Shown here piece by piece: positions 1-14,480 of a DNA stretch of 64,000 nucleotides. The notes below the pieces were generated by a model, which was not told the DNA's origin, did no database searches, and saw nothing but the letters and a program-made list of their open reading frames with translations. The stretch is from NCBI GenBank assembly GCA_013239625.1, contig MU054212.1, positions 1,984,001-2,048,000 on the forward strand, given 5' to 3'. The position numbers were made by a program, and so were the translations under genes. Within the stretch, counting starts at the first letter, position 1. Each line of letters opens with the position of its first letter. This DNA comes from Lama guanicoe. Its lineage: Eukaryota.

Positions 1-1399
1 AAACTAGGGTCTATTTTCCTCATCAGTTATTCCAACCATATACTGATTGTTTTCACCTTAAAAATCTGAAACTCCCTTTTGTCTCACTTTTGTTAAAATA
101 AAGAGGTGTGGCTGGTAGACACTGGAGATAAACAGTGGGACAGATGAAGAAGTAGGAACGTTAAGTACAATGCTGCAGCACCACTGAATTGTACCACATG
201 CCCATGGAGGGCCAATGACAAAGGTTGGTAATACAATTTGCCATCCCACCATAGACCAGGGGAAAGTTCTGTGAGAGAGTAGAATATTTTAGAATCCATT
301 AAGACATATTTTCTTAAGTATGTAACTTTTGCCCTAAAAGCAAGTTGGGCAAAGTACCGTTTACTAGAGACTCCTTGTAAGTATCAAAGGCTGACACGGA
401 GAGGAGTTTTATTTAACATTAAATCATAAAAGTTTCCTTTTGATTCCCTTATAATTCATTGCATGTTGTATCAGAATTATTTCGATAAAACTGGTTTATC
501 TCTAAAGGGCTGTAGAGGAAGGGAGAGGGCTCTGTCTTCCCCATCTGGTATCTATGCAATACCTAAATATTTACACACAATCAGTTAATGTGTGAATGAT
601 TCATACCTGTTCACTGTAAAATAAAAACCTTTGCTTCCTTCCACTTCTCTTTAGATGAAGGCTCCTGCAGTGTCACAGTGATTCTCCTTTGTTTATATTC
701 CTAATCTATCCTTCCAGCTATTCTTCTGGAAAAGGCATACTTCACATCCTGGCAGTTCTTGTCTTATCTACAGAACATCCTCCCTCTTATTTGGGTGGTT
801 TCAGCTACCCTGTATGTGCCCAGATTACCTGGTCCTTTATCACTCATCTCCACTGAGGTATTTACCTCCTGCCCTCCTACTCCCAGCAGTTCTTTTTTGT
901 TGCTTCTCTCTTTCTCCCCATTTTCATTTCGGGTTCCGCCTTCACTTGTCCGTCCCTTCCACTCAAACAGCTTTCCTACTGAAGCATGTCACACCACCCT
1001 TCTCTTCTTCAAATTGCTTCCCAACCCCCCCTGCTCCATAAAGCTTGTGAGCAATTACACCCACACAGCACCGTGGTGTTTACTTTTCAATTCTTGCTGT
1101 TTGTACTCTTCAACAGTAAGTTTCTGAGGGTAGAGGTCTGTTTCCTTGACTCTACCTATTACAAAGCATACTGTTCGGTTACAATTATATAAACGTGTAA
1201 GTGGTGGGGTTCTTTGAACCCGATGATTTAACTGAATTTATTTGGATTTCTTAAATTCCTCCTCATTCATCATTCCAAAAATATGTTTAAAAAAACAGAA
1301 TAAAATGCCACCATATTCTTTGTATTTTCAAAGGCACTAGCACAAGCTTATCTAGAGTATCGGGGAGTTTGGGAACTAAAAGGGACAAGTGAGTATTTC

Positions 1400-1495
1400 A
1401 ATTTCCTCATTACAGATAATCAAAGTGGGGTCCAGAGAGATGAAGTGTCCTTGTCGGTGACTCACAGAAAGCTAGCAAGCCTGGAACTCCAGGTC
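1400..1495 (-). mobile_element. MIR SINE fragment
   Basis: cctcattacagataatcaaagtggggtccagagagatgaagtg resembles the reverse MIR core (cccattttacagatgaggaaactgaggctcagagaggttaag). Confidence 0.5.
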
Positions 1496-2534
1496 ACCAT
1501 GAACACACCCACATTTATGTGGTGGAGGGGGGCGCACAATTACAAAAAGGAATTGGTAACTTTCGCCATGCTATCTAGCCATCCTGCTTGAAACTTACTG
1601 GGGCTCCTGGGACTACCGGATGGCCTCCAGGGCGCCACCTCTCCATCGCTAGTTCTCTCTACTACCCACTGCCTTCGTTGGGGTTCTCATTTCTCAGTGC
1701 CTACTTTTAGCATAAAGTTCGCTGCATTATATTCAAGGCATCTATTCACACTACATTCTAAGGCTTCCTGTCACTTAAGGAATGATGTCTTACTTCCCCT
1801 CTACAACCCCAGCAGCCAGCACGCTGCCGGACTCCGAGCACTGATGAAGGAGGAGCTGAACCACACAGAAGTGAACTGGTTTGGGCTTTTTACAAGTACC
1901 CTCAAGAATAAATGTTTTTCGGAGAAATTCACTAACGGGAACCAGATACCTCAACCAGACATGCTGCCACCAAAATACCTAAATTCTGCGCCATACAACC
2001 AGATAAGACCTAGCCTTCCTCCAGATTACCCCAGAGAATTGAATTATGGACCTGAAAAACCTCTGCATGACTATTAATGATAATATATCTTACAAAACTA
2101 GACATTTTCCTTATTAAAAATGTCCAAAAACATAAGCTGAGGAAATAGGGGGCCCTTTCCCAACAGGGCTTTCTGTTCCTTGAGAACACTGCTCCATAGT
2201 GTAGGATATGAGGAGGAACATTGTTTAGAAAAAGACAGTAATATCAAATTTGACATTTTTTATAGAATCTGTGCAAGGCAAGCACCGCAATATTTTTTAG
2301 ATGTTCTTTAAAAGCCCAGGCAATAAATCAGTCATTCTTTTAAAAGATCTTTTGTAATCTCATTGTTGAATATCCTTACTAGGCATTTGAGAATATTCCT
2401 ATTTCTAATCCTGTCAACTCCTCGCCATCTTAACGTGGGTATGATTCACTCTATGAGAGTACATTTGCTTTTTGAAGGTTTGATTCTTTGCCAAGAGAAA
2501 CATGAAGCAATATCTACGATGTTTGCCATTGCCT

Positions 2535-2592
2535 ATGCGCAATGCCTGCCAGGCGTCTGAACCGCAGTAATTGTTGAAGGAATGAATGAACT
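2535..2592 (+). mobile_element. L2 LINE 3' end fragment
   Basis: caatgcctgccagg...ttgttgaaggaatgaatgaa, the typical L2 tail. Confidence 0.5.
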
Positions 2593-3899
2593 AGATGCAA
2601 ATGCATATAAGCAGTTTTGGAATGTCTGTTCTGGAATAATTTAAATCTGTGTAACAAAGTGGTATCAATCCAGATCCAATTTATGGTGCTAAAAGGATCT
2701 GTCTTCCACCAAAACGATTTCAATTTTCTAGTCCTAGTGGGTATAGACATTAAGTTTAGAGGGCTTCCTGCAAGTTCTTCAGCTGTCTCATTTGGTCATT
2801 TAGTCCTCTCTCCCACCTTTCCTTCTACCTGCCCTCCCTCTTCCCATTCTTCTGTTCTTCCTCTTACTTTTTTAATAGAATGATCTTTATTAAACATGTG
2901 GGAACTCTTTGTAATTAAATTTGTATTTCTGGACATTTCTTTATCACAAGCTTTTAGGAAATAAGGAAGCTCCTTTTCGCTTCCTTACGGTAAGGCACAC
3001 TTATAAAATACACAAGATAATCCTTGGACTTATCTTAAGAAGAGTACGTTAACATCAGACTTTTGTTAAGCTGGGTTTATCAACTCTGATTTCTAATTCA
3101 CGGTGTGTCTTTGCTTCAAAATATCTCTCAATCACTTACTTCTAAGTAATCTTTAAAATAGCACACTAAATCAAAGGTTATGCATTTAAAAGACAAATCT
3201 TGTCCAAGAACAAAAACAAAAGCAAAAATTTCACCACTTTCTTTCCCCAGAATGTAAATATATTTGATTCATGAAGAACATGGCCGCTGGGTTTTAGGCA
3301 AACAAATAATAGTTCTTTAAAATTAACCTCTTCTCAAACTATTCACTTGTCTCCTGAGCTTAGGAGAAAGGGTCTTATTTTAGTATCCACTTACTATGCC
3401 TTTCACTTACAATTTTTAATTTTCTTAGATATGATTTCCCCCCAATTTTTTTGCTCCTCTGCTCCCCACGATATGTTTCAATCCAGCAACACTGCTGGAC
3501 ATTTTCGATTTCTTGTCTGTAATTACTTTTTCCACCTATACACTCTTCTATTCACATGTTTTTCTTCTTTTTATATTTATTGTTAGCTGATGCTGTCTCT
3601 TGAGTAATATTTTATCTTTGTCACTTTTACATTCTCTTTGTTCCTTGGATTTCATTGCTTCTAGGTTTATTTTAATATTTGATTATGCTTTTCTGTCATC
3701 AACTTTCTGGATGTATGATGACTGATTTCAATGCATTTTGACTAAATAATCCATAGTCCTAGCATTAGGTACAATTACTCTAGATTATAATAAATTAACT
3801 GAAGCAGTTTATATAGTCGTTATATGAATGTGTGCATACATACACAGGGATATGTACAGACCTACACATAGGTATTACATAAATGATGTCCCACATGCA

Positions 3900-4115
3900 A
3901 CATTTGTTGGGTGCTTCACGTTTACCAAGAACTTTCACACAAACATGTATGATCTACTGTTCACAATAACCCTATAAAGTAGGCAAAGTATAGATTATAC
4001 CCATGTTGGCAATGAAGGAACTCAAGCTTAGGAAAGACTAGTTAAGATCACACAGATGGTTCTGTTAACTGTTACGTGAACTCATTTTTTTTTTCTAAGT
4101 GCAGTATTTTCTTCT
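3900..4115 (-). mobile_element. MIR SINE (degenerate)
   Basis: tcacaataaccctataaagtagg...cccatgtt...gaaggaactcaagcttag...aagatcacacag follows the reverse MIR consensus. Confidence 0.6.
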
Positions 4116-4499
4116 ACTACATTATGTGGCATATGTTTAAACTCTCCATAGCCATGAAGGCAATCTCTGAATAACAAAACATGTTCAGACTCAGCTGAAG
4201 GCTTGCTTATGTCATACAATGTTTAATTCAACAAAATCAATCTTCTGCCTTGATATGGGCATTTTTCACAGGATTTCACCTGCCACTCAGTCTCTGTGTG
4301 ATACGAATTGCATAGTCTGTTCCATACTTATGAGAAGTCTCTGTTCTATTGATGTGTCATTCGTTCTAAGAGACTGTGTCACCATTTAGTTCTCAGAGAA
4401 ATGTTTCCTTATTTGTTTCTTTTTCTGTTTGTTTTAATCACCAGCTTTCAATTATTTGCAAGTGTTGACTAAGACCCTACGATGCGATGCATCAGACAC

Positions 4500-4945
4500 T
4501 CTCCAGACAAACACGGAGGCTACAAGTCAGCCCTGCCTCCGCCCCTGGCTCGGGCTCCCTGCGCTCCGGTCACGCTCGCCCCTTGCTATTCCTAAGCCTG
4601 CCAAGCATGCTGCCGCCTTAGGTCTTTTGCTGTGGAAGGTCTTTCCAATTTGTTTGCTCTTCCCACAGCCATCTGCAGAGCTGGCTCCTGCCCGGTTATT
4701 TGTCATCTCCACTGCACTAGGTTAGCACTTCACTAGTCCTTCTATTAAGACACATACTCCATTCTACTTTGCACTATATTTATTTCTATACACTAATTTT
4801 CCCTGGTAAACTATAAGCCCTCAGGGGGCAATGCTGGGAAGAAAGACATGTATTCAAATAACCATATTCATATAATGCTCATCCTCTTTACAAACCTGAT
4901 AGGCTAATGTCTTGTACATAGCAGGAAATTAATAAATTTGTTATC
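4500..4945 (+). mobile_element. L2 LINE 3' region
   Basis: Pyrimidine-rich L2-like body, ctataagccctcagg, ending gtacatagcaggaaattaataaatttg. Confidence 0.5.
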
Positions 4946-5424
4946 TTAAATTGAAGCACTTGACAAGGAATAAAAAGTTAAAGCTACAGGCTAATGTCCC
5001 CCAAAGTGTGAGACACGTACAGCCTTAACTATAAAGCATGGGTACCACTCTTTCTAATTGCACAAGAAAGTCTCACTAAGATGCTTGTATGTCTTTAATA
5101 CCTCTACAAAAGGTGATAAACTTACTTGTAACAAAGAAAGAACAGGTTTCAGGCTCACAGACCTCTGCAGGTGTGAATACATAGCTAGAATTTCTTAAAC
5201 AGTATCATGTATTAATAGTATTACTTTAATACTTATCTTAATATTTGTGACGAGTGATACTGATTGCATACTTATGGTCTTGATTATTTTGCTTTTTAAG
5301 TTAAATGTTAAATGCTTACAAAGACTATTTGTAACACAGGTAATATATAAAGAGTAACTGTTAAACAAACACTTGTATGCCCAACTTAAGCTTCCTGTGT
5401 GGTCTTCCCAGACCATGTATGATT

Positions 5425-8400
5425 CTGTCTGATTTTGAATTTCCCATATTACTGATGAGGATTCGTATTTTCACCTGTTTACTGGAACTTCATGTTTCCT
5501 GTCAGTGAAATGTCTGTTTATGTTAGTTTCATATTTTCTTATTTGGTGGTTTGAGCTTTCTTGTTGATTTGTGGCTATTTCTTACATATTTAGGACATGA
5601 ATACTTTTTTCCGGCTCCATGTATTATAAACATGTTCGTTCACCTTATCATCTTTTATTTTTGCTCGCTTTATGGTAACTTTTGGTAAACAGAAATTATT
5701 ATTTTTAATGTAGATAAACATACACAACATTTTATTTGTGACTTATACTTTCTGGGTCTCATTTGAGAAATCATTCCTTAACTTAAGGTCATAAAAATAT
5801 TCTTCTAAGATTTATGGCTTTGTCTTTCATACATTTTTGTACACTTGAGTAGGGAATCAATTTTATTTTATTTTCTATATGGCTAACAAGTTGAACACTC
5901 TATCCATTCTCCTACTGAGATGCAAAGACAGTTCTATTCTATGTTGAGTTTTTATATGTCTGATATCTCTTTGGGGAGAATATCTGTTTTGTTCTGTGGA
6001 CTAATATCACACATTCTAATTACTGCAGATTTATTACAAATTGACCCCATAGTAGGACAAACCCTATCCTGCCTGCTCTTTTTCTTTAAGAGTATCTTTG
6101 CTATTCTTGACCTTTTGTTCTTCCATACACATTTTTGAATCTGCTTGTCAAGTTCCAAAAGATGAAAATATAAAAAATACATTTTAAAACCTATTGAATT
6201 TTCATTGGAATAGATATGAATCCATAGATCAAATTAGGGACAATTGACACTTTTACAGTATTGAGTCTTCCTATTCCTGAACAAGTTAAATCTGATCATT
6301 TAAGTCTTTTAAAATATCCTTTAATAATGTTTTTATCATTTTCTCCATAGTCTTACACATCTTATAAGATTTATTTCTAAGCACCTAATTTTTATACCTA
6401 TTATAAGTTGGATTATTTTAAAACTCATATTTTCTAAGTTTTTTGGTGGTGAACAAAAACCCCAATAACTCATATGAGTTGATTTGGTACCCAGCAACTT
6501 TGCTAAAGTTTTATTTGTTGCAATAATCTGTTTTTAGATTCTATGGATTTTGTTTTGTATACAAACATATGACCTCCAAATAACAGCTTAATTCAGTTCT
6601 TTTCAGTTTTAGTGCAACCTTTTTATAAGTAAATTCTTTTTTATCTTATCTTTCATTGTTGGTCAAATCACCCAGGAGGCCTTATTAGGGATTTTATTAT
6701 AAAATAATAATTGTATTAAAATTTCTCCACTGATTAAATGATGCCTGCTGATGATGGTATTTTAAACAGTCTTTATTAGGGTAAGAAAATTACTGTCTAT
6801 TGGTCATTGTTTTTTTTTCCAATCATGAAAGTATGCTGTATTTGGTTTTTTATGCAACTCTTGAGAAAAACATGCAATTTATCTCCTTTGAACTGTTAAT
6901 GTGGTAAATTTCATTGAGTTCCTGAGGTTGAACCCACCTTGCATTTTGTGATAAAATCATTTTAGTCATAGTACAAAATCTTTTTTTAACATAGTGAAAT
7001 TAGTTTGTTTATATCTTGTTTAAAATTTTAAACTATAAAATCATGAGTAAAATCAGTCTAAATTTTTCTTTTATTGTCTTTGGTTTTGACATCAAGATTA
7101 TACTAGACTCATTCAATGAACTAGAGTGTTCCCTCTTTTCGTACTTTCTGGCACAGCTTTGGAATTGTGTGCTGTTCTGATATTTTCTTTGGGGGGAGGT
7201 TTTCAACAACTGGTTAACTCTTTCATGTTAATGGGATCACTCTACTTCTCTCCTTTTTCTTGAGCCAGCTTTGGTGACATATTATCCTAAGACTGTTTCC
7301 ATATAATCAAACATTTCCAGTTATTAGCATAAAGTTCTTCATAATATTCTCTTACTCTTTTTCATCTTGTGTGTTTTTGGTATATTTTGTAAAATTTTTA
7401 TTGAGAACTAGCATACATACAGTAAACTGTTGTAACTTTAAATGTATCATTCGACTGATGAAATATTACAAATACCACGTAACCACCACATAGATCTAAA
7501 TATGGAATGTTTCTAGCAACCAGAAGAATCCCTTCTGCCCTTTCCCAGTTGATACCATCCCAGATGTAACTATTCTGACTTCAATCATCACAAATCAGTT
7601 TTGCTCATTCTTGTATTTTATATGAATGGAGTCACGGAGTAGGATGTGTCTGGTTCCCTTTTTTCATCTTTGTAACTAAGTCATTCAGCTTGTTACATGG
7701 CAGTAGTTCATTCTTCTCTGTTTATGAGTAGTATCCCATTGTGTGAATGAAATTAATTCATACCATTATATGAGTGTATTTATTTATTCTATTTTGACAG
7801 GCATTTTGATTGATTCCAGCTTGAAGCTTATATGCAAAAGCTATGATGAATACTTGTTAAACATATGCACACATGTCTCTTATATATAAACCTAGGAGTA
7901 GAATTGATGAGTCATAGAGCAAGTTAGTAATCAATGTTAGTATCCAACAGTTTTCCAAAGCAGTTATACGAAGTTATACTCCCACCAGGAAAGTAAGAGC
8001 ATTCCAGCTGCTCTTCATTCTTGCAAAAAAGAACTTATGCATTCTTCTTTATTTCAGTCATTCTGCTATGTGTTGTGCTTCTCCCACTATCTTTTAAACT
8101 CCTGCTCCCTTTTCATTATTAATATGACTTAACGCTTGTTGTTTTAATCTGCCTAACCTCACCAGAAGTTTGCCAATTTTGTTAGTCTTTTCAAAAAATT
8201 AACGTTTTACTTTGTTGGTCTCCTTGTTGTTCGCTTTATATGTCATTACTTTTTACTCTTAGCTTCACTATTTTTCCCCTTTCTATCTTTTTATGGGTTT
8301 GTTTTCTTGCTGTTTTCCTAGTGTCTTAAGTTTGATGTTTATCTTGATACGATGTCTTTTTTATTTTCTAATACGTGTTTTCATGTTCTAATAACTTTCC

Positions 8401-8630
8401 GCTACATACTGTGTTAGTTTATATCTCACATGTTTTAAACTGTAGTTGTCTTTCAGTTCTGTTTTTAATTGCTAATTTTATGCTGTCTTTGTTCCATGGG
8501 TAGTTTAATTTTAACATATATGGGGTTTTAAAAAATATCTCCTTTTCATTTATACTGTATTTGTATTATGGTCATAGAACGTGATGTGTGAGAACCTAAA
8601 CTTTTAAATTTGTCAAGAATCGGTTTATGG
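5425..8630 (-). mobile_element. Old degenerate LINE-1 (L1ME-like) ORF2 region, containing an L1 3' UTR piece at ~7396-8090
   Basis: T-rich tract with reverse L1 ORF2 hallmarks: ttttgaatctgcttgtcaagttcc, gggacaattgacacttttacagtattgagtcttcctattc, ccagcaactttgctaaa, gttgaacccaccttgcatt, aatttttgttagtcttttcaaa. No intact ORF. Confidence 0.8.
7396..8090 (-). mobile_element. L1M-type 3' UTR fragment nested in the older L1
   Basis: ttttattgag...tacatacagtaaa, gtaaccaccac, gagtagtatcccattgtgtga, cctaggagtagaattg, ttttccaaagcagttatac are reverse L1M 3' UTR motifs. Confidence 0.75.
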
Positions 8631-10249
8631 TAGGAAGAGAGAGAAAGAGAGCAGTGAGTTTACAAGGATAAGACGTGTGGCTTGGAGAGAGAATGCAGGA
8701 GATGCAAACAGAAAAGAAAACACAGCACCCGGAGAGTGACTAACCCAAAAGGTTAGGAGAACACACAAGATTAAGGCGATACACACTAAGTTTTAAACAA
8801 GAATGACTAGGAGAATGATGGAACACAGAAAAAAATTGGAGAAAAAGAAATTATGATTTGATTTGCTCAAAAGGCTAAAAGAATGTTCAAATGGCAACAT
8901 CAAAAAGGTAGCTGAAAATCTAAGACTGGGACTTAACAGGAGGTTTACAAGCTGAAATTTGATATTTTAGTTATCTGTACTGGATAATAATTAGGTAACA
9001 GGAAATGAGGGTAAGGGAAGAGAAAAACAAAAATAGAATCCTTGGAAACATGCATATTTAAAAGGGGAAAATGTGAAAAGGTGAAAAAATATATATAAAT
9101 AAGGGAACTGACTATTCAGATTTTTAAAAAGACTTTAGCAAAGTTCTCGTATTTAGGCTGTTAATCTTCTAGAAATGCAAAGTACATCCAATAGGAACTG
9201 CATCTATATTACGTAAAGAGGGGAGCCATGCAGGAATAAAAGATCCTGAATTCAGCTTTCAATTACTCAAAATCATCTTGAGTAGATATTCACTCATTTC
9301 TACCTTGATACAATTTCAGCTAAAAATGTAAAATGCTCCCCTTAAATAGAATTCTACTACGATAAAAGATGATTTCAAACTTTTTCACCTAGTACTCAGT
9401 GGAGAAACGTGCAATTCAAGATTCACGCTTGTACAGAGAAACAGTCCTAGTTTTGAATCCCGTATGTTCTAAAGGACACTGTACCCACATGGAAACAAAG
9501 CATCAGCAAAAAATCCAGAACTGAAAGTAAGAGCAGAAAATCTAGGAATGGAAGCGGCAGCAAATTCAATGTGTGATGCAATGACCAGTGCTAGGTGAAC
9601 GTGGGACTGGGGACCGCTGTTTCCATGTTCCACACCCCAGTCCTTGTGCCAGGGGTCATTAGCTCCCTGCTCCAGTGCACCGTGGACGCCAGACCAATAC
9701 TGAACACAGCAACAATAAGTCTGGAAGCAGATTAAACTTGGCAAAGCAACTCAGATTGTTTCAAGAACATTTTGAACCTTGCAAATCTATCTGGTCATAT
9801 AAGTTTTCTACTTAATTTAAAGATATTGTTTATTTAGAGGAATTAACTTAGCAAAATTTAGTATCAGCAATTTGAAATACAAAAACTTTGAAGTTTTTTT
9901 TTCAACCTCATATGAAAATTTTTATTATGCAAAATAAAACAGAACTCTAGGTCTTAAGGAGGTTCTGAACTGTCAACATGTACATTTCCATTTTTAGTAC
10001 AAGAATCATGAAGGAAGAATATTCACTTTGAGACACTTAAGATAGACCTTGACACTGAAGATGATCATGGAATTGTTAGGAATTTCAAGCCTTTTAGCGT
10101 ATTTAATACTTTTAGATCACACCTCATTTTAAAGCACCACAGTACTTTTGGGTAAACTTTCTACCTATGTGTATCGGTTACTAGATATTCTTGCATACAC
10201 ACCAGAGGATGGAGCAGACACTATTTCTATCACTTTGAGGTGCTTATAC

Positions 10250-11230
10250 TACGTTCATTTATTCAACTGATATTTGTTAAGCTCTTATGATAAACTGTTG
10301 GATGTTCGAGGTGAGAAAGGGGAAGAAGGAAATAAAGAAGTAAACAAAAATGACCATTTTTAAAAGGAAATCCTGAGGAGGAGACCAATGTCAGTAAGTT
10401 AAGGGAAGGGCCACCTGACAGCTGAGAAAGAGCCCACGGTGCAGACAGGCTGGCTCAGAAGTGCGGGCCAGGGGAGGGAGCAGCACGTGTGTGAAGGCTC
10501 TGGAGGGACCCCCACTCCGGAGGCTGGGAGGCTGGGAGTGGCGTAGGAGGAAGAGCCACCGGGGCGAGGTGAAGGCAGCCAGGCCAGCCAGAATGTGTGT
10601 GGCCTCATAAACTGGTGAGAGGTTGGGATTTTATTTGAGTGAAATGGGAAGCCACTGAGGAACTTCATGTGATTGACACTTCCCAGCATGAAGAACGGAT
10701 GGGAACTTATTAATAGACCAGATGTGAGGAATGAGGGAAACAGAGGAATCAGGAATGTTTCCCCAGGTTTCTTGCTTTGCCTGAGTCATTGGATGACGAA
10801 TTACTAAAATGACGGAAGTCTGGAAAAAGATAGGCTTCAGGGGAGAGAATCAAAAGTTTACTTTGAACACATTACACTTCAGAACTCAGTCATCTGGTAC
10901 TAAGAGGAGATCTAGACTAGAAACATAAATTTGGGAATTCTTAGCAAAAAAAAAAAATAGTTGCAGCAACATGAGCAGAGGAGATGCCTACTGAAAGAGT
11001 AGACAGAGAAGAAAAAGAGGACCAAGGATGAGCAGCAAAGAATTCCTACACTTTTAGAACCGGCACAGGATGAGAAACCTCCAAGGGCAGAGAGAGCAAG
11101 AAAACCAGGAGAGGGCACGCCATGACGTCAGAGAGGGGCGTGGCCAGGAAGGCGCCGTCCTCTCTGCAGAATGCGACGGAGAAATGAGCCTGGAGACCAC
11201 TGGCAACCCTGGCAGGACAATTACAACTTC
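10250..11230 (-). mobile_element. L2 LINE fragments
   Basis: ttcatttattcaac start, then gaaatgggaagccactgagg, gaggaatcaggaatg...caggtttctt and aacataaatttgggaatt, all reverse L2 motifs. Confidence 0.65.
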
Positions 11231-11384
11231 TTTGAGAAGGCAGTCCTGGAGTCGGAGCAGACCTGTACATGCTCATAATATCTGTGACAGAACTTCAATA
11301 ACAAAATAGCAGTATTTTGAGTTCAAATGGTGTAAAGTTATGAATAGCGATCCTATAGTTAACACAAGCAGCAGAACAACCCAA

Positions 11385-11775
11385 ATTTATTTAACACCTT
11401 CTAGGTTCCAGTCACTGTATCAGGTAGTTCCTGCATGAGAAAAGCCAGGCGGCCAGCTGTCCTGCCATGCTGCCAGGTGTGGGAAAAGGCTCTGGGGGAG
11501 CCGCCAGGCAGACGCAGCTCCACCACACCCACCGTGGGGGCACCTGCCCACTATGGGCCTGACATTGTCATAGGGATTAGGGATAGCAGGTTGAGTAAAT
11601 TCTTGCCACAAGGAATTCATGGAAGAAAAGAGAAATGTACATAGATAATTACAAAGCCCTGTAACAATTTTTATATAAGATTTATAACATATTGTATAGA
11701 CACGGCATTCAAGGGAAAGGGAGATGCTTGTGGTGGGAAGCTGGGATCAGAGAAGGCCTTCTAGAGAAGCCGGGT
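11385..11775 (-). mobile_element. L2 LINE 3' fragment
   Basis: aaatttatttaacaccttctaggttccagtcactgt ... ggatcagagaaggccttctagagaag. Confidence 0.45.
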
Positions 11776-11869
11776 GGAAGGGGTGAATGACAAGAGAAAA
11801 CCAGACAGCAATACCGAGAAGATTTTCTGAAAAAGACAAGGATGAGGCTGCAGCTACAGGAAAATGCCA

Positions 11870-12050
11870 GTGGGATTATGAAAAGAGAATCCTGAACCTG
11901 GAGTTGGGGACCTGGATTCTCAGAGCCTCTTGTCTACACTACTTACTAGCTACGTGACCTTAGACAGTTCTCAATTTATCTGGCTCTGTTTTGTTGTCTG
12001 TAGAATAAAGCAGCTTAACTGGATGACCTCCATCATTCCTTCTAGCTTTG
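11870..12050 (+). mobile_element. MIR/MIR3 SINE
   Basis: ctggagttggggacctggattct...acttactagctacgtgaccttagacag...ctggatgacctc. Confidence 0.65.
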
Positions 12051-14124
12051 ACTCAGTGGCACCATACATGCATCCAGAAACATGGAGATAACTGGTAACC
12101 CCTGCAAGAGCATCTTCAACAGAACAGTGGGGATGATGTGAATTGAAATGTGAGTAAATCACCCCTCAGAGAAACCTGGCTATGAAGGGTCCCGGGGAAA
12201 TGGGGGCAAATGGAAACAGACTTCCAGTATTATCATGACACGACACTTTGAGGTCCAGAAGGGGCAGCGTTTGACCAGAGAGCTGACCAGTGTCAACTAA
12301 CTACAGAAGAACTGACATCTATTCAACACACAGTAAATGCCAGTAAGTTTGTAAGGTGCTTCATGTGTGGAAAAAGCTAGATGTCCAGCGTTCTTCCTGA
12401 CTCAAATTCTCTCTGCCGTATATGGAATCACTGCAGGTACAGATTCGTATTATAGTCAACCTTTCAGGAGCAAAGGGAAATGAATAGATTCCCCCAAATG
12501 TCTTATTCAAAACAAAGTCTCCACAGCAAATTTAGATTGATAATTATAGGATTTGAGCACAAAGAGAACATTTTTCACAAATTCAGAAATCATCATGCAG
12601 AAGAAATGGGAGTTCAAATTCAGATCTTCTGCCTCCAGTTCCAAATTTCTCCATCACATGAGAGTTATCTACTACTGTCCTTCTTTAATTGTCACATGTC
12701 TTGTCTTTCATCCATTTCTTGAGTTATATGGGGTTATAAAGTACTTATCCCTCCCCAGATTATATCTAAATCCCCTTTAAATAGGTACTGTAGTCTCAAC
12801 CAGTAACATTCTTGTCAGTCTTTGAAAGGTGCACTCCAGTGTCTAGCAGTACTCTAACGTGATCGTTAAGTCATAGTCCAGAAGAATCTAATCTGGTTCT
12901 TGACAATACGTATGTTCCCAGGTTTTATTACCTCCCGAGGTCTTCTTTTCCCTTCTGAAGCCTCAATCCTCAGCAAGAAGAAGAGATGAAAATACCACCT
13001 GCATCGCTAGGTCCTTCAGTTCCTGCCTAGGACATCTAAGTCAAGGGGCGTTCATGTCATACTTCTTTTCGTGATAAAACTTCGTCCCAAATGGCATACC
13101 TGTCTTTTGGCAAAGACTCACATAATAACTTCTCCTTTACTTCTGCTGGTGAAAACTTCATAGGATACTCACAGTAAGTCATAGCCGCTTAGCTTGGCTA
13201 ACGAAGAATGGGAACAAATTAGTATTTATTATATGTCTTTTCTTGCTGATACATTATTTTTAGGCTGCTTTTTGTAAAACTCTACCTATGTTTGGATAAT
13301 TTTCTATGTCAATCCAGATAATATAGTCTACATTACATTTTTAACTGTATAGAGTATTAGAAAGGAAGTAGGCATATGAAATTTTATGACAAATAATATG
13401 ATAAAGAAAAAACAGTGACAATGATGAAAATGTTAAATAGATTAGTGAACTTTGTGACACAAAGGAAAAATGTACAACTGAATCTTAATATGTGGTCAAC
13501 TAAGGGCACTGCTACAAGTTATTAATCAGATTTAATAAGGAGATACTCTTTTGCATAGAATCATTTTTAACCCTCAGTAGCTAGGTGCTTAAAAAACACT
13601 ATTGTAAGAATTAAAATAAAAAAGTACTTTAAAATATTTTCTGTATTATTCTATGTAAGTGAAGGATATAATTAAGCTTTATAATTAAGATTTTAAGGTA
13701 TAATTGAAGACTTGACCATCCCGTAAAGGTAAATTTTCCTGATCAACTCTAACCAAATTAACATGTGAAGACTATTCACACATCCTCCTTCATTTTTAAA
13801 ATATTTCACCCCAAATGCTATTACAATATAGAGCAACTAAGAAATATCAGAAAATATAAGCCATGAAGAGATAAGAAGAAACAGGCATATGCCTTTCCAT
13901 AAACAATCTACTAAGAAACAAGAGCTTGGTTTTGCTTGATTTTAAATGCACACATACCATCACAATCACACACACACACTCACACACACGCAGATTCATT
14001 TTAAACCAATTTTATGTCCTATTCAAATTAAATATGAATACAAAAACTCTTCTATATATGTTAAATGTAACAAAACAAAGAGAGGAATAATATTCTGCAT
14101 GAATTTTTTTAAAGGGTTCTTGTT

Positions 14125-14480
14125 CAAAAGCATTTAAAGATAAAACATTTGGGGGATTATTGGGGAAATTTGATTATGGACTTATAGATGGTAGTAAAGA
14201 TTTATTTAATTTCTTTACCTGATTTAAATACTTGCCTGAGCTAATGATATTGTGTTTAAATAGGAAAATGCCCTTATTCTTAGGAGATGTGATGGCTACA
14301 ACTTACTTACACGTTGCTCAGGTTAATTTAAAAAAAAAAAGGTTGCAAAGAGAGAAAGCTGTAACACAATGTTCTTTTCTGGTAAATCTGTAACATGGAT
14401 TCACGAACACACACATGTGTGTTTTCTGTGTTATTCCCTTTCCTATAAGTTTAAACGTTTTTGAAATAAAAAGTCAGGAA
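14125..14480 (+). mobile_element. L1MC/L1ME-type 3' end fragment
   Basis: ggaaatttgattatggact, aaaatgcccttattcttaggagatg, ending ttttgaaataaaaagt. Confidence 0.6.
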
